DNA of 64,000 nucleotides from an uncultured delta proteobacterium (GTDB taxonomy: Bacteria > Desulfobacterota > Binatia > UBA9968). The stretch lies in assembly GCA_963755715.1 (NCBI GenBank), contig CAVWLW010000059.1, forward strand, positions 128,001-192,000. Direction: 5' to 3'. Below, in pieces: positions 62,600-64,000 of the stretch; within the stretch, counting starts at the first letter, position 1; every line of letters begins with the position of its first letter. A model generated the notes under the pieces. That model saw only the letters and a program-made list of their open reading frames with translations. It ran no database searches and was not told where the DNA came from. Both the position numbers and the translations under genes were made by a program.

Positions 62600-64000
62600 A
62601 TGTTGTACAACGATTTACGCAGCTGGATGTCTAAGGTCGAGGAGTTCGGCGAGCTGAAGACCGTCGAAGGCATCGACTGGAAATACGAGATGGGTGCGGT
62701 GACCGAAGTCTACGCGCGCAATCCGCCCTATTCGGCGATTCTCTTCGATAAAATCAAAGATTATCCGGCGGGCCACCGCGTGCTCGTCGGCGTGCATCAT
62801 CAGTCGCTCAAGCGCCAGTGCCTGACGACGCACTTGCCGTTGGATTATGACCGCTATCAGTTCATTCAAGCCTGGCGCAAACGTTTGAACAACCCCACGT
62901 ACATTCCACCGCGGGTCGTCGAGACCGGGCCGGTGCTGGAGAATGTTTACGAAGGCAAGGACATCGATCTGTATTCTTTGCCCGTGCCCCATTGGCACGA
63001 AGAAGACGGCGGACGCTACATCGGCACCGCTCATGTCGTCATCACGCGTGATATGGACGAAGGCTGGGTCAACCTCGGCTGCTATCGCGTTATGGTGCAC
63101 GACAAAGACACGCTGGCGCTCTATATCTCACCGGGCAAACAAGGCCGGATCATTCGTCAAAAATATTTTGACCAAGGCCGCCCTTGTCCGGTGGCGATCA
63201 GCTTCGGCGATGATCCGCTGCTGCTCACTGCGGCGGCGAATAGCCTGCCGTGGGGAAAATCGGAATACGACTACGCCGGCGGCATCCGCGGCCAAGCCGT
63301 CGATGTGATTCTCGGCAAACATACCGGCTTGCCGATTTCGGCCTATTCGGAAATCGCCATCGAAGGCGACTGCTTGCCCGATCAACAGCGGCGCGAAGGT
63401 CCCTACGGCGAGTGGACCGGCTACTACGCCAGCGGCGAGCGCACCGAACCGATCATCAAAGTGAAGCGCATGATGCACCGTAACAATCCGATCTTGACCG
63501 GCGCGCCGTCGTCGCGCCCTCCCGGCGGCTCCGATGACAATCTCGTGCGCTCCGCGTTCATTTGGGATCATATGGAAAAAGCCGGCGTGCCGGATGTCAA
63601 AGGGGTGGCTTGCTTTCAAGGCCGATTCTTCACGGCGGTGTCGATCAAGCAACGCTACCCCGGACATGCCAAACAGGCCGGCATGATCGCCGCCCAGTGC
63701 GGCGCCGGCGCGTATTTGGGCCGCTACATCGTCGTGGTCGATGACGACATCGATCCCTACGACATGAACGACGTGCTGTGGGCCATGTGCACGAGGTCGG
63801 ACCCGGCGAACGACACGGACTTTATCCGCCGCGCCTGGAGCGGCCCCCTCGACCCGGTGATACCGAAAGACAAAAAAGGCTTCAGCACCCGCGCCGTCAT
63901 CGACGCCACACGGCCCTACGAATGGATGAAAGATTTTCCGCTCGCCTCCGGTTCAAGCGCGGAGATGAAAGAACAGGTGGTGAAGAAGTACGGAAAGTTT
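62600..64000 (+). CDS. UbiD-family (prFMN) decarboxylase, runs off the window
   Basis: EDGGRYIGT, NLGCYR, EGPYGEWTGYY, VVVDDDID, V.WA..TR. Confidence 0.9.
   Translation, partial: MLYNDLRSWMSKVEEFGELKTVEGIDWKYEMGAVTEVYARNPPYSAILFDKIKDYPAGHRVLVGVHHQSLKRQCLTTHLPLDYDRYQFIQAWRKRLNNPTYIPPRVVETGPVLENVYEGKDIDLYSLPVPHWHEEDGGRYIGTAHVVITRDMDEGWVNLGCYRVMVHDKDTLALYISPGKQGRIIRQKYFDQGRPCPVAISFGDDPLLLTAAANSLPWGKSEYDYAGGIRGQAVDVILGKHTGLPISAYSEIAIEGDCLPDQQRREGPYGEWTGYYASGERTEPIIKVKRMMHRNNPILTGAPSSRPPGGSDDNLVRSAFIWDHMEKAGVPDVKGVACFQGRFFTAVSIKQRYPGHAKQAGMIAAQCGAGAYLGRYIVVVDDDIDPYDMNDVLWAMCTRSDPANDTDFIRRAWSGPLDPVIPKDKKGFSTRAVIDATRPYEWMKDFPLASGSSAEMKEQVVKKYGKF

Noticed and set aside
1-64000. CRISPR array, tRNA or rRNA
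   Set aside because: No regularly spaced repeats with unique spacers and no recognisable RNA gene motifs were seen

Overview
GC-rich bacterial accessory/catabolic region. The gene content suggests a Binatota/deltaproteobacterial-type soil organism (inference). It holds about 15 solute-binding proteins (Bug/TctC, TAXI, NitT/TauT, Fe/thiamine-type ABC) with only one permease and no ATPase, plus five amidohydrolases, four MetE-core Zn thiol-transferases, two flavin monooxygenases, VOC proteins, a heme-oxygenase-like diiron enzyme, a cupin and a UbiD. It also carries two toxin-antitoxin pairs (hicBA, vapBC), a broken ~4.2 kb NACHT-HEAT-nuclease gene, an XRE-NfeD-flotillin-PspA-carbonic-anhydrase-like operon, one intact DDE insertion sequence and many REP/MITE-like palindromes. 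The most striking structure is a repeated pattern in which cargo sits between an intact gene and a diverged, mostly silently substituted second copy of that gene's 3' end, with no integrase in view. Many genes carry single indels, probably long-read consensus errors. No rRNA, tRNA or CRISPR array was seen. All family calls come from motif recognition, not database searches.
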